Assembly (NCBI GenBank): GCA_964016885.1
Contig: OZ024756.1
Span: forward strand, 32,984,001-33,048,000
Length of the DNA: 64,000 nt
From: Eledone cirrhosa
Lineage: Eukaryota
Direction of reading: 5' to 3'
Both the position numbers and the translations under genes were made by a program. Position 1 is the stretch's first letter. Each line of letters begins with the position of its first letter. Under the pieces are notes generated by a model. That model was not told the origin of the DNA, did no database searches, and saw only the letters and a list, made by a program, of their open reading frames with translations. This document shows positions 29,096 through 44,020 of this stretch, piece by piece.

Positions 29096-30002
29096 TTTCT
29101 CTCTCACTCTCTCTCTCTCTCTCATTATAACTCTCTCATTATCTATCTCTCTCTCTTCTCGTCTCTCTCCTTCGTGTCTCCATTTTCTCTCTATATATTA
29201 TAACTGCATATATATACATGCCTGTGTATATATGTATAGCAACGTACGAGTGTGTGTGCGTGTGTATTCGTCTCTACAAACTACAGCACATTCGCTGAAC
29301 GTCTCCAGGGGCGCATAGCTTATACATAGATAACTATATATGATTAGCACACATATTGTATTTAATATAAGAGTAGGCGCAGGAAATCGGTTGTAACTAT
29401 CTGTTTTAAAGTATTTATGGTTTTCTGGCTAACTGAACTCGCATCGTGTAATTATGTTATACTAATGTCATTTACGTTTCCTTAAATATAGTTTTCCGGA
29501 GCATTCGCTTTGTGCCAAGGTGATTTTTAATGTATAATATATATATTCATCTATGCATAACTTACTATATTAAAACATATTTCTCACACAATCGTATTTT
29601 CTCTTTCTCTTTCAATGCACACACACACATACACACACATACACACACATATATATATATATACATGTATGAACAGGAACATACATCCAAATATATAAGT
29701 ATACATACATTCAAACATACTTATATCCAAATATATAATTATACATATATGCAAACATACATAGATACATATGTAAGCACATCCATACATACGTACATAT
29801 ATACGTATATACATACGTACATATATACATACATATATATGTATATATATCCATACATATGTACATACATACATGCATTCGTATACATTTCATTTATATA
29901 AATAGATGGCTTTTATGATGATTTTAATCGAATTAAATAATGTTAACCTTGACATGTCATTTCAACTAACAAAAAATGTATTGATCTTCTCGACTTATAT
30001 AT

Positions 30003-30082
<80 letters not shown>

Positions 30083-30140
30083 CTGTGTGTGTGTATGTAT
30101 TACAGTTGAAAATTGCAAACTTGACTGTCACCACACAATA

Positions 30141-30179
30141 TGAACCTGAAGATTGCGAAAGCATGAAAGTACTTGTTCA
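30141..30179 (+). ncRNA. 39-nt minimal type I hammerhead ribozyme
   Basis: TGAAC-CTGAAGA-T-TGC-GAAA-GCA-T-GAA-AGTACT-T(CUU)-GTTCA; tail then (TA)n at ~30295. Confidence 0.75.
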
Positions 30180-30294
30180 ATTAACACTTAACATTTAATA
30201 TTCTACCATACTATTTCATTCTAATATCATTATAAATTTTAAAGGATTGTAAATAAAACGAGTAAATCAGACGAAGTTGGAATTCCTTTTATTA

Positions 30295-30338
<44 letters not shown>

Positions 30339-30532
30339 ATGTCTGTGTGTGCGTGTGTGGGTGTGTATGTGTGTGTCTATGAGCATGTATGTCTCTGTGT
30401 GTATAAAGGTACTGATGTACACACCTATTGCCCACGTCACGAAGCCTCACCAGGAAATTCCTGTCAGCCGAAATACAAAAACAATATATAAATCAAAGGT
30501 CACATTTATTGTTTTAAGTCTCGTCAGAATAA

Positions 30533-30685
<153 letters not shown>

Positions 30686-30783
30686 TCTTTAATCACCTAC
30701 GACAACCACGTCTTTTCTCCCATCGTATATTACCATATATATATATATATATATATATATACATTTATATATATATATATGTA

Positions 30784-30841
<58 letters not shown>

Positions 30842-31379
30842 GTTATATATATATATATATATTATTATTAAAATATATATACATACATATATATATACAC
30901 ATATATATATATAAACACACACACATACACACACACACACACAAACACTGCGTGTAATAGTCTTTATTTTTTGGCTTTCAATCCTTTGTGGTTTCCTTTC
31001 CTCTATAATAGCCATCATGAACTTCGATGTCCCCTTCTTGGTAATCATCTAATTACGTTTGGATCAGTTTTAGCCTTTTCCTTCCGTCAGGTAATGGGCA
31101 TAGTGCCTTTTACAGCAATTATTCTTGGCTGTTGAGTGTAAGACTCTTATTATCATAATTACGTTGGCCATCTTTCCTGGCAAGCTTTTCCTTGTGATCA
31201 GATCACAAAGCAATGTAATGCAGCGAGGTAAAGTTAGAGAATTCAAATATATATCTTACTCACAAGTTATACTGTACAGCTGCAGCGCAATCGGGTAGAT
31301 TGAAGAGCTGGTATAACCATTAGTAGAAGTAGAGGCACATAGAGTCTCATACACACGCACATGCATATATACGTATACA

Positions 31380-31430
<51 letters not shown>

Positions 31431-31455
31431 GATAAATCTACCTATTATTTTTTTA

Positions 31456-31484
<29 letters not shown>

Positions 31485-31488
<4 letters not shown>

Positions 31489-31689
31489 GAACAAGTAAGA
31501 CCCCGACGGCTGAACTCAAGCCGTTTCGACGGCTGATTCTGGACTGAATTTCAGTCCAGAATTAGCCGTCGAAACGGCTTGAGCTCAGCCGTCGGGGTCT
31601 TACTTGTTCCTATTACCCACTCTACTACCCTAAGTATTGAGTACTTTGGTGCGTTATGGTCCACCTGGTTCCTTACCACATTTCCTTGG

Positions 31690-31692
<3 letters not shown>
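31485..31692 (+). mobile_element. Family E fold-back element with 3' half of HHR
   Basis: ~64-bp arms centred on 31549; GAA-ACGGCT-TGAGCTC-AGCCGT-C(GUC)-GGGGTC at 31571-31599; (TA)n on both sides. Confidence 0.85.
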
Positions 31693-31739
<47 letters not shown>

Positions 31740-31844
31740 TTTTTTTTTTTTAAAGGTTAAACTAGGTCCAATGAATAAATCAAAGTATGAGTTTTACAAT
31801 AGAATGGAAGCACTCAACAGCTTTTGGTTTTCCGGAGTTATTAA

Positions 31845-32194
31845 ATATTAATTCAAAATATTAACAAAATAGATATTCTTGTGATCAAGTATATTTTATT
31901 ATAGATATTTCAGAGGTACTGAGTTAACTTCAACAGTACGTCCTCATCAGATAAAAGAGAATGATGCATGACATACCGTGACATAGTAGATGGTTAAGAT
32001 TCAGTCATGGTAGTTAGTAATATATGACAAAACTCAATATTTTATATACCTTAATATTGAAACATGAAAAAAACCTACATATAATACATATAATAGAGAG
32101 TGTGCGTGTGAGAAAGCTTAACAAATATATAGCAGCAATATAACTGTTACTTGATCACAAGAATATCTATTCTATTAATATTTTGAATTAATAT
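31845..32194 (-). mobile_element. Element with HHR and 47-bp inverted copy of its tail
   Basis: 31845-31891 is the near reverse complement of 32148-32194; contains HHR 31894-31956. Confidence 0.75.
31894..31956 (-). ncRNA. Type I hammerhead ribozyme
   Basis: Minus strand: TTTTAT-CTGATGA-GGACGTACTG(loop)CAGTACCTCT-GAA-ATATCTAT-A(AUA)-ATAAAA. Confidence 0.8.
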
Positions 32195-32203
32195 ATATAT
32201 AAG

Positions 32204-32275
<72 letters not shown>

Positions 32276-32418
32276 GCATGTGTGTATGTATATGCCAAGT
32301 TTTACGTTCACGTAACGGTTTGACCGTATTTGAGATATGGAATACACACGCGCACACACACACACACATATATATATAAATATATATGCATACATTTATA
32401 TATATGCCAATTCAATTT

Positions 32419-32481
<63 letters not shown>

Positions 32482-32792
32482 GTATATATATATTTATATG
32501 CAAATTCAATTGACTGTATCTTATCTATGGACACCACCAGAGGCAAGATAGTTGACGTTGACCACATCGGGAATTAATCTATATCTTATATTATATTATT
32601 GTAGGTCGATATGTCATGTGTTGTGTCAGATATATCTTGACACATCAACATTCATATTTTGAAGGCTATTTCTCTATTTATATATAAAGTTACATATGAC
32701 CTAGATTTAAGCAGAACCTAAAAGACGTTCACTTCGTTTCTGATAGTATAGGAGAAATTCACCTGATGTTTCTATCATATTGTTCTTGAAGC

Positions 32793-32895
<103 letters not shown>

Positions 32896-33054
32896 TATGT
32901 GTCTGTGCACGGAAATATATATATATATATTCTGTTATTAATATATATATATTTGTTCTGTTATTAATTCTGGCAATATTACGCAAATATGACCCTCCCC
33001 AAGTATAACAATATTTGTTTCGACACACGATTTCATATAAAAAACCTCGCTAAA

Positions 33055-33113
<59 letters not shown>

Positions 33114-33286
33114 TGTATATATATATACTGTATATATACTGTATATATATGTATATATATATATATATACTGTATATATGTGTATATATATACTGTATAT
33201 ATACTGTATATATATGTATATATATAATATGTATATATATATATATATAATGTATATATATGGCTGTATATATTCGTATATATATA

Positions 33287-33341
<55 letters not shown>

Positions 33342-33466
33342 GTTGGTAGTAGTAGCAGTAATGGTGGTAGCAGTTGTAGTAGTAGTAGTAGCAGTAGTAG
33401 TATTGGTGGTAGCAGTAATAGTAGTAGTAATTAGAAGTAGTACTAGTGGTGGCAGTGTTAGTGATA

Positions 33467-33529
<63 letters not shown>

Positions 33530-33543
33530 GTAGTAGTAGTAGT
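33287..33543. repeat. (TAG)n/(TGG)n degenerate microsatellite
   Basis: Direct inspection. Confidence 0.95.
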
Positions 33544-33725
33544 TACTACGCTTATAGGAGGAGGATATGCAGAAAATAGGATTTTTGTTATATATTACAG
33601 TAAGTTCACACCCCATTACATAATGAGTTTACATAACTATATGTTGTTGAATTATGGATGCACAAACACACACACACATATATATATACATACATATATA
33701 TATATGTGTATATAAATATATATAT

Positions 33726-33812
<87 letters not shown>

Positions 33813-33983
33813 CACACATATATACGTGTGTATGCATGTGCATATATATATATATAAGTGGATATATATATATATATATATATACGTATAGATATAGATA
33901 TATATATACGTATGTACATATATATATGTATATATATACATATATAAATATCTAAATATATATATATATATACATATGTACAT

Positions 33984-34067
<84 letters not shown>

Positions 34068-34545
34068 GCATTTATATATGTATATGCATATATATATTTT
34101 ATTTATATTACATCTTACAACCAATCCTCTTCTGTGGGTTACTCTCGTTCTCTTAATTCATCATTCCGTGTACGTAGTTACCATAATACAATTACACGCA
34201 ATGGATAACGTGGAATCTAAACATATAAAATATATAAATAGGACAAAAGCCCCGTAAAATGCAAAGAAAATTATAAAACATTTGTACTAGATGCTTCCTA
34301 TTAAACATTAATACTACTACATCATATTCCCTCATGTAAACTCATGAAGGAAAATTGTTTAAATCCAGGAAACTAGCCAATACATAATTTGACGTTTAAT
34401 AGGCTTCAGGCACAAAGCTATTGAATTACTGAAGAAGGAAAAAAAAAAAAAAAAAAATCTATGGCGGTTTATTCCGTAGTTAATATGATACAGCGTGCTA
34501 GAGAGTGGAATTGTATATACATCCATATACTCTATGCTTATATAT

Positions 34546-34735
34546 AATTGTTTCTACGTTTGGCACAAGGCCAGCAATTACTCAGTGTATTACTGGTACT
34601 TTATTTTATTGACCCCGTAAGGATGAAAGGGAAAGTTAACCTCGGCGGGATTTGAACTCAAAATGGCACGGGCCGTAACTCTATGCGTCAAAGCATGGCG
34701 TCCGACCCTCTACCGACACTGCCAATCCACCGCCC
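34546..34735 (-). mobile_element. Full-length SINE with TSD
   Basis: Flanks CTATGCTTATATATAAT (~34532) / CTATGCTTATGTACAAT (~34735). Confidence 0.9.
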
Positions 34736-35241
34736 TATGCTTATGTACAATAAAGATACAAGAATCGCGCTTTGTAAGGGAAAACTATACGTCTTTCATA
34801 GTTATTATCACTCATTAGTGTGTCGGTGTATGCACAGGAGTTCTGTCTGTTCGCTCAACATGTTTTCCATATGATTCGACCAACAGCAGAACAGCCTGCT
34901 TTTGAAAATAAAAGAAATGTAAGAGGATGAGCATCCAATAAGTACATGTATGCTTAACGTAATTCTCAGGGAGATTTCGTGTGTAACAATGTGTGACAAA
35001 CGGGTCTTTTGAATTTCAGCTACAACTCAGTATTTCCAACATGGTTGACTGGGGCAAACTACTACCGGTAATCAATGACAGGACCCCACAATCATGAGCC
35101 GCCTGCTTGCTTACTACAATAAACCTAAGCGTTGAAATTTATCCTTATAGATGCTGTTAATGAATAATTTTCATGATAATTAATTTACATATAGTGAAAG
35201 ATTGGGAGGTTAGTAGTAATCATCAGAAAATATATTTTAAT

Positions 35242-35412
35242 AATTGTTTCTACCTTGGCACAAGACCAGCAGTTATACAGTGCATTACTGGTGCTTTCTC
35301 TTATCGACCCCGTAAGGATGAAAGGCAGAGTAAACCTCGGTGGGATTTGATCTCAGAATGGCAAGGGCCGTAACTCTATGAGTCAAAGCATGGTGTCCGA
35401 CCCTCTATCGAT
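35242..35412 (-). mobile_element. SINE, slightly 5'-truncated
   Basis: Reverse complement of consensus. Confidence 0.88.
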
Positions 35413-35883
35413 TGGCTCCTTTTCTTGATTTATATATTAATACGCGTCACATAATATCATCTACACTGCCACCTCCATTACTATACTTTATAATTCATCA
35501 TAAGATATTTTTTTCTTTCACTTTATTGTATTTACTGATTAGATTTATATCGATATATATTTCAGCTAAATGAATTTAGTGAGTATTAGATACTTATATT
35601 AAATAATTGATTCTAATATGATGAACAAATATTTCTCCGAATTCTCATGAAGATTGCCATCACACAATACAAGAACGAATGTAAATAATAAATATGGAAT
35701 ATTTTAGAATGTTTCTTATATAAGAGAAAGAAAGCTTGTAGCTAACAATTTATTGTGTTCGGCTCACTATCGTAAGTTCCTGAGTTCGATTCTCGTCGGC
35801 ATGGCCTGTTCTTGTGCTTTAAACTTTATTTCATGTTTTCCGGCAAAGGTGAGAAGAAATTGTCAGGTCATGATTTGTAATAA

Positions 35884-36253
35884 TTGTTTCTACTTTTAGC
35901 ACAAGGCCAGCAATTATCCAAGTGTATTACTGGTACTTTATTTTATAGACCCCGTAAAGATGAAAGCCAAAGTTAACCTCGGCGGGATTTGAACTCAGAC
36001 CATAAAGGGCCGTAACTCTTTGCGTCCGACCCTCTACCGATACTGCCAATCCATGATTTGTAATAAGTGTTTCTACTTTAGGCACAAGGCCAGCAATTGC
36101 CCAGTGCATTACTGGTACTTTATTTTATCGACCCCGTAAGGATGAAAGGCAATGTCAACCTCGGCGGGATTTGAACTCAGATCGTAAAGGGACGTAACTA
36201 TGCTGGAAAGCATGGCGTCCGACCCTCTACCGATACTGCCAATCTACCGCCCT
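35884..36253 (-). mobile_element. Two tandem SINEs with triplicated target site
   Basis: ATGATTTGTAATAA at 35870, 36053 and 36267. Confidence 0.9.
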
Positions 36254-37714
36254 CCATCTACCTCCAATGATTTGTAATAATGGCGGTATGTTGTGTCCTT
36301 CATCAAAACATATTCTGCCACATTACTCTACTGAGGTGTACAATTTTAAGGTGATAAGTTCAATTTCCGGGGGCACGTTATCTCTTTCAGCATTGCCTGC
36401 ATGGGGTCTTCGTGCTGAAGGTGTTTGACTCACGATTGTTAGACCGTGAAGTTGATTCCCACCGAATCATTGTATTCATCAACAGAACTCTATCTATCAC
36501 GTTGCTCTAGACCACACTGCTGAAAAATGGGGGTAGCCCTTCCTCAAATTGCCAGCCGTATCCTACACCGGGTCTCGCTGGATTTGCACGCACGGCTAAA
36601 AGTCTCACTAAAATACTTACCACGTTAATTTCATGAGCAGTTTGTCGTGTCGGATTTAACGGAGGTCCAACATAAATACTTATATTTCAGAGTAATTCAA
36701 ACAGATTCTGATATCTTCGACTCTATTTATCATACAAATAATAATTGGTAGTGTCCACTTGCTCACATTCTAAGATTCTAACCCTAAAATATAGTTATAA
36801 AGGTAAGACATTTGATTGGCAGTCACATCGCTCTGGGTTGCACCTTACTGCAAATCATGTCGATCCACACCCTGTTGAACAGGAATATATTCAATGCAAT
36901 TGCCTTGAGTGGAGGACCAATAAAATGTAAATGAACTCTGGAAGAGAGAAACTTTGCAGCACCTTATCAGAGAAACGCAAGGCGATTTATTTTTTTATAA
37001 TCTAGGCAATTACCTGGTCGTTTGAATGACAGGTAGAACTAATGTTTTTGTTAGCTGAATGAAACTGAGGAATTTGAAATAAAGGATCTTCGAGAGGAAG
37101 GATATCAAACACACAACCTTACGAACTCGAGACTGAATTACATATTAACACACCTCTTGAAATACACTAAAGTACGAACCTTCATAGGAATATATAAAGT
37201 TATATTACACAGAGAAAGGTTGGTAATCTACTTTTGTAAGACCATTGTAACATGGGTGCCTTTGTAACTAGTGTCATAGTAAATAGAATTGGAATCTCAA
37301 TTATGGCAGAGAAACTAAAGCCGGTTTTCACTGGAGTTGAGAGAAAAAGTAAGCACATCACATCACATCAAGTTATATTTGTAGCAATCTGCCGAAAGGT
37401 AAGAGATAATTAATCAGATCAAAGTAGAAACAGTATATGCGACATAAGGTTGTTATAATACAGCCTGAAGTAAAATGTCACTTGAATGTTTCAATGCGAC
37501 TCTGAAACAGTAATTGTAGATTTAGATTGAGGGAAGATGAAATCTGGAAAGTTGGTAACACATATAACAAGCTATTGATGTCAAATCGATAATGTAGGAA
37601 TATAGTGGCAGGTATATACAAATTTCTACTACAAAAATGAAAACAAAAAGTTGCGACATATTTCAAATGTGTTCTCATGGACATGCAAACAGTAGAGTGA
37701 CTTTTGATTAAAGT

Positions 37715-39200
37715 AACACACACATTTACACATATACACACACACTTACATATGTCCACACATATACATTTACACAGCGAGGAAGAGAGAGTGTGTGAGA
37801 GGAGAGCGAGTAGGAGAGGGGAAGAGAGATTGAAAGAAACACACACAAACACACATACACATAAACATACATCCACGCACACATAAAGAGAGATAGAGAA
37901 TGTGTGAGAGAAGAGGGAGTGAGAGAGGGGAATAGAGAGAGGGTGAAAGATAGATACAAGCAAACATACATTCGCATACATAGAGACAGGGTGAGCGAAG
38001 ACAGAAACACATATACAGGCATACATAGAGAGAGGGGGTGTGAGGGGAGACATATTGAGCGAGTGGAAGAGAGAGTGAGAGATACACAGAAACACAGAAA
38101 CACATACATATGCATATATATAGAGAGAGAGTGAGTGAGAAAAGAGAGAGAGAGACAGAGAGAGAGAGAGAGTGAGCGAGGGGAAGAGTGAGTGCGAGTT
38201 ACACGGAAACACATGCACACATATATAAGCAAACATAAAGAGAGAGAGAGTGTGAATGAGAAGAGAGAGGGAGAGTGAGCGAGGGGAAGAGTGAGTGCGA
38301 GTTACACAGAAACACATGCACAGGCATACATAGAGAGAGAGAGGGAATAGAGTGAGAGAGGGAAAAGTAGAGGGGAGAGAATGAGTGAGAGTTACACACA
38401 AAAACACAAAAAGGTTTTGATGATGTTAAGATTGATTTGAACTGACAATCGGCTAAACGCCATTTCATTGAGCAAAATCAAATGCTGCATATAAAAACGA
38501 TTTGCAATATCAAAAGACGCACACATACAGACACGCGTATACGCGCACACAAGCACAAGCACGCTCATACAAATACACACACACACACATACACACACAA
38601 ACACACAAACACATACATACATACATACACACACACATACAGACAGACGTATCCGCACACACAAGCACAAGCACACTCATACAAATACACACACACACAC
38701 ATATACACACACATACTGAAAAACTAACACATGCGCACACACACATACTGACACACATATACACACACACACATAAACACACGTGTACGCACATGAACAC
38801 ACACATGCACACATACTGAAACACATTGGCATTCACAAACAGGCACACACGTATACACACGTAAATAGACACATACACACACACAAACACACATGTGTAC
38901 GCCCAAAAATACACACGTGCACACTCACACACAAATATATACCAACATACACACGCACAAAAACAGACAAATGCACACACACACGAATACACATACACAT
39001 ATATACACACACACGAATACACCGACGCATATATACTCACACACATACCAATGCTCACATACATGCACACACACGAATACAAACACATATATACACATAC
39101 ACGAATACACACACATGTATGCACACACACGAATACACGCACATATATACTCACACACATACATATGGTCACATACATGCACACACACAAACACACAAGG
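37715..39200. repeat. Complex (CA)/(GA)-derived low-complexity block with higher-order 35-100-bp repeats
   Basis: e.g. GAGAGTGAGCGAGGGGAAGAGTGAGTGCGAGTTACAC at ~38167 and ~38270; explains ORFs 37478..38407 and 38510..39196. Confidence 0.85.
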
Positions 39201-39931
39201 AAACGGAATATATAATTTCAAATACCACTTTCACATGCAAATTGCAAATATTTAGTGATAAGGGCTTTTGTTTTAAAAACATTACTACTTGCATCTCTAA
39301 CAATTTAATGGTTTGCTTTTTATGGGTTTCATGGAATTCGATCATCAATAATATATTGACCGATCTGTGTTGATTCTGCTCAAAGATGTCAAATTACAAA
39401 TTCGGTTTAACATTCCTTGATGCAGAACACAGATCATGACGAGTTTTTCTCCGATTCTCCTGTTCCACTACAATTAAAATTACTCTGGTGTCTAATTTAA
39501 AAATTTCACATTCGTTCACAATCATTTTCCTCGGAACTTTAGCCCTCTCTGTTTCCTCACCCCAAAATAATTTACATCATTTTGTGAACAACATTTATTT
39601 TTTGTAATTTTTATTGTAGTTATGTTATCAATAGAATAATATATGTATTATATTGTGCAGCGGATAGCAAAACTAATCGAACGCTTTGCTGTCTGTTATC
39701 AAGTCACGGATCAAATACTGTAATGTTAAATTTATATAACTAGTCAATTGGCCCGTAAACCTTGCTGTAAAATAGCTAACGCATGACGATATATTTCATC
39801 ACACTACATATTGACCTGTTGAGAAGGCAATTGATTTACTGGTTAAAATGTTCTGTTAATGATCGTGAGGTCGTGTGTTCGATTCCCAGTTGCACGTTAT
39901 GACTACATCGAGACACATTAGTTTGCGTTAT

Positions 39932-40116
39932 AGGGCGGTGAAATGGCAGTATCGGTAGAGGGTGGTCGCCATGCTTTCTAGCATAGTTACGTCCCATTAC
40001 GATCTGATTACAAATCTCGTCGAGGTTAACTTTGGCTTTCATCCTTACGGAGTCGATAAAATAAAGTACAGGTAATGTACTGAGTAATTGCTGGCCTTTT
40101 GCCAAATGTAGAAACA
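39932..40116 (+). mobile_element. Full-length SINE with 15-bp TSD
   Basis: ATTAGTTTGCGTTAT (39917) / ATTATTTTGCGTTAT (40117). Confidence 0.9.
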
Positions 40117-40523
40117 ATTATTTTGCGTTATTCATAAGGCAACGAAGCTTAGCGTCTAGGGTAATCGTCACCCGATCTTTAGATAATGCGTTCGATTCCC
40201 AGCGTTCCTTTGTGTATTTGAACAAGACACTATATTTCCCGTTGCAACACACTTCATGTAACTCTACCTAAATCGCTAGGCTTTGTCCCGTTTTGTGTCA
40301 GTGAACAGTGTTATGGATAAAGGGTCCTACAGACGCTCAGGCATTTTATTGTTAGCAAACAACAGAGACAGTATAATATATATATATTCTACAAACTGAC
40401 CAATGAGAATCAAGACTATTCCTGCTGACAACATTAAATTATTCCTAACAAGATCATATGTCCCAAGGCTCTGATACCATCAACACCATAAACACAGAGA
40501 TAGCATATCTAAGAACTGACTAA

Positions 40524-40577
40524 CTACCTGATGAGGTCATAGCCATTCAATGGCTATCATCGAAATATATATAGCAG
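40524..40577 (+). ncRNA. Type I hammerhead ribozyme (family C)
   Basis: CTAC-CTGATGA-GGTCATAGCCA-TTCAA-TGGCTATCATC-GAA-ATATATAT-A-GCAG; short tail then (TA)n. Confidence 0.78.
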
Positions 40578-40768
40578 CAAATAAAGGATTATGAGTTAAT
40601 GCAATTATATATATATATATATATTTATATATATAAACGCCGAAATGTCTGGATCGTGGTTTTACAGCTGACGAAGTATTCTTTCTACTTTTCTCCTCTT
40701 GTTCCGTCCTAACCACCATCCTAAACCTTGTTTTTAGTAACCACACAGTTCCTTTCGTTTTATATATG

Positions 40769-40870
<102 letters not shown>

Positions 40871-40972
40871 TATATATATATACATATATACATAGATATG
40901 TATGTATATGTGAGCGTTTAAAATGTTTTCAGTCGGAGTACAGTTGACTATCTTTGATAGTATTTGCGGGTT

Positions 40973-41009
<37 letters not shown>

Positions 41010-41454
41010 GCATGATGGTGGTGTATTTACAACCATGTAAGTAGGATGTTAGCAGTTATGTATAGATATTATAAACACGTTTCCTCTCTTTTAGCCCGAA
41101 ATCGTTTGTGTAGATAAATTATAGTGCAGGTTAGTGTAGTGGAATGAAACAAACTGATATGCAGTGCACATATACATCAGACATACCCCCGTCAGCGACA
41201 CAGACATTGATACATACAAACGTAAATATACGCAAAGATACGGAGAAACTATCAAACCACGTTTAAATTCCTATGCATGTATTAACCAGATATACACACA
41301 TGCACGAGAAGATACACACATTCGCAGACTAAACTGATATACATATTTAAGGGCACCCGTCGACATCACAGATAATAATACACAGAATAATGAAGCATAT
41401 ATGCATGGAAAAACTGTAACAACACAATCAAGACCCATTCAAATACGAACTAGA

Positions 41455-41535
41455 CAGTGGCATATACATATATTGGCATATACATACAGTGGCATATACA
41501 TATATTGGCATATACATACAGCGGCATATACATAC
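41455..41535. repeat. 16-bp minisatellite (TGGCATATACATAyAk) about 5 copies
   Basis: Direct inspection. Confidence 0.8.
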
Positions 41536-41740
41536 AACCGACAATAACTCAGCGAAGGATACGCTCGATAATATACACATTCATGCAGAAACTATTAATA
41601 CACTGATTAAGAACCTGGCAACTGTGATGCTATATATACACACATATACATATATCCGACAACACCTCCGTCTAGAATAATATACACACTCACGAAAGAA
41701 CTATTAAAACATACTAAAAGACATTCAGAGACGATATGCT

Positions 41741-41827
<87 letters not shown>

Positions 41828-41851
41828 AATATATATATATATTATATATAT

Positions 41852-42056
41852 ATAGGAACCAGTAAGACCCCGACAGCTGAGCTCAAGCCGTTTCGACGGC
41901 TAATTCAGCCGTCGAAACGACGTCGAATTAGCCGTCGAAACGGCTTGAGCTCAGCTGTCGGGGTCTTACTGGTTCCTATTACCCACTCTACTACCTCAAG
42001 TATTGAGTACTTTGGTGCGTTATGGTCCACCTGGTTCCTTACCACATTTCCTTCGT

Positions 42057-42058
<2 letters not shown>
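41852..42058 (+). mobile_element. Family E fold-back element, second copy
   Basis: Arms 41852-41906 / 41926-41979; tail nearly identical to 31614-31690. Confidence 0.85.
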
Positions 42059-42135
<77 letters not shown>

Positions 42136-42139
42136 ATAT

Positions 42140-42225
<86 letters not shown>

Positions 42226-42873
42226 ATATATATAGATATAGATATATAGCGTATCGTCTCTGAATATATATATATACATATAAAGGCAACACAACACATA
42301 GCTCCTGTCTCTCATTTTATCTTTTGTTGTGGCTGTGTGTTGCTTGAAGTCGCTACAATCAACATTGAGCAATGGCGGAAAAATAGTTGAGATACAGTTA
42401 ACGCCATTGTTACATCAGTATCGATTCTGTTCTAAAGCATTAGCGTGTTACAATGTAAATTCCACAGTTAGGAATGGCTGCGTGAAATAATCGATTGTCT
42501 TAATCGATAATATATACATTTTCACAGGAAAACACTGTCGTTTCAATGTGTTATAGTCTATGAATGTATGTCATTTGCAATTTGCTTCAGTTTATTCTAA
42601 TTTATTTAAATTTTTGTTGGCTTGCTTTGAGCTTTTATTCATTTTATATATATATATTTCTTTTTTAATTATACGTTTTGTAAATATTTTTTCTTGATTT
42701 AAAATTGTTATTTTATTTAGTATTTTATATTTCGTTTTGTTTTTAAATTTTTTTCAGTTTTCATTTGTTTGTTTTTTATTAAGACTTTCACATTGTCCTT
42801 GCATGTATGCATATATACATAAAATGGTACGTTTGTATTTATATAAGTAATTTTCAGCGTACGTGGTCATGTA

Positions 42874-42990
<117 letters not shown>

Positions 42991-43311
42991 ATATATATAT
43001 ATATATATATATACTCAGATATACATATATATATATACTCAGATATACACAGAGACAGGCAGATGTACAGATACACACCTATGTTTAGCATAGCGTCTTT
43101 TAAACAACTCAGGACATTGGTCTAAATATATCAAGCCAGACTACTCTTGCGTTCCGTATATGTTACAGAGGGAAGACCGAGTCTACAAACACTGAATGTT
43201 TCAAAATAATTATAAAAAACTGCTTAATGAATTGAGTTCTCTTTTTAGCAAATTTACATGTAATAACTCCCACTCTCATTCCTTCCCTCTCTCTCTCTCT
43301 CTCTCTTTATT

Positions 43312-43362
<51 letters not shown>

Positions 43363-43441
43363 GTACACACACCCATATATATGTATATATATATATATAT
43401 ATTATGTGCGTGTGTTTGTATGACCGTTTGCGGTTTTTGTG

Positions 43442-43477
<36 letters not shown>

Positions 43478-43909
43478 AACTTACATAGATATAAGCGTGT
43501 TTGCTATTTTGAAAATATTGGGAACATTATCATAAGTTAAATTGAATATCATAATGCATATTATGGAAACAATCTGCTGAAATACAGAAGAGAATATAAA
43601 GCGAAAAGTGCCAACAATGCATGTATTGTTATCTTTAATTTTAAGCAAATACTGTAAATTTTTAATATTTTTTGAGGCGACACGATTGTATTGTGTTCCT
43701 TCATACAATGTCCATCTTTGGAGAGGGAATCACATTTGTTATGAAATATTGTTTGGCGTACACTAGTTCTATCCGGTCTATGATACATTTTGAAATATTT
43801 ACTGCAACAGGAATAGCTTCTCAACGATTATATATTTGCCTGACTGTGAGGTTAAGGAAGTAACTTAGCCATCACAGGATTTTGAGTTCAATCCTATCAC
43901 CTATTATCA

Positions 43910-44020
<111 letters not shown>

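Noticed and set aside
43561-43824. KCDSLSKDGHCMKEHNTI resembling a PLE Cys-rich linker
   Set aside because: No following GIY-YIG motifs; similarity too weak
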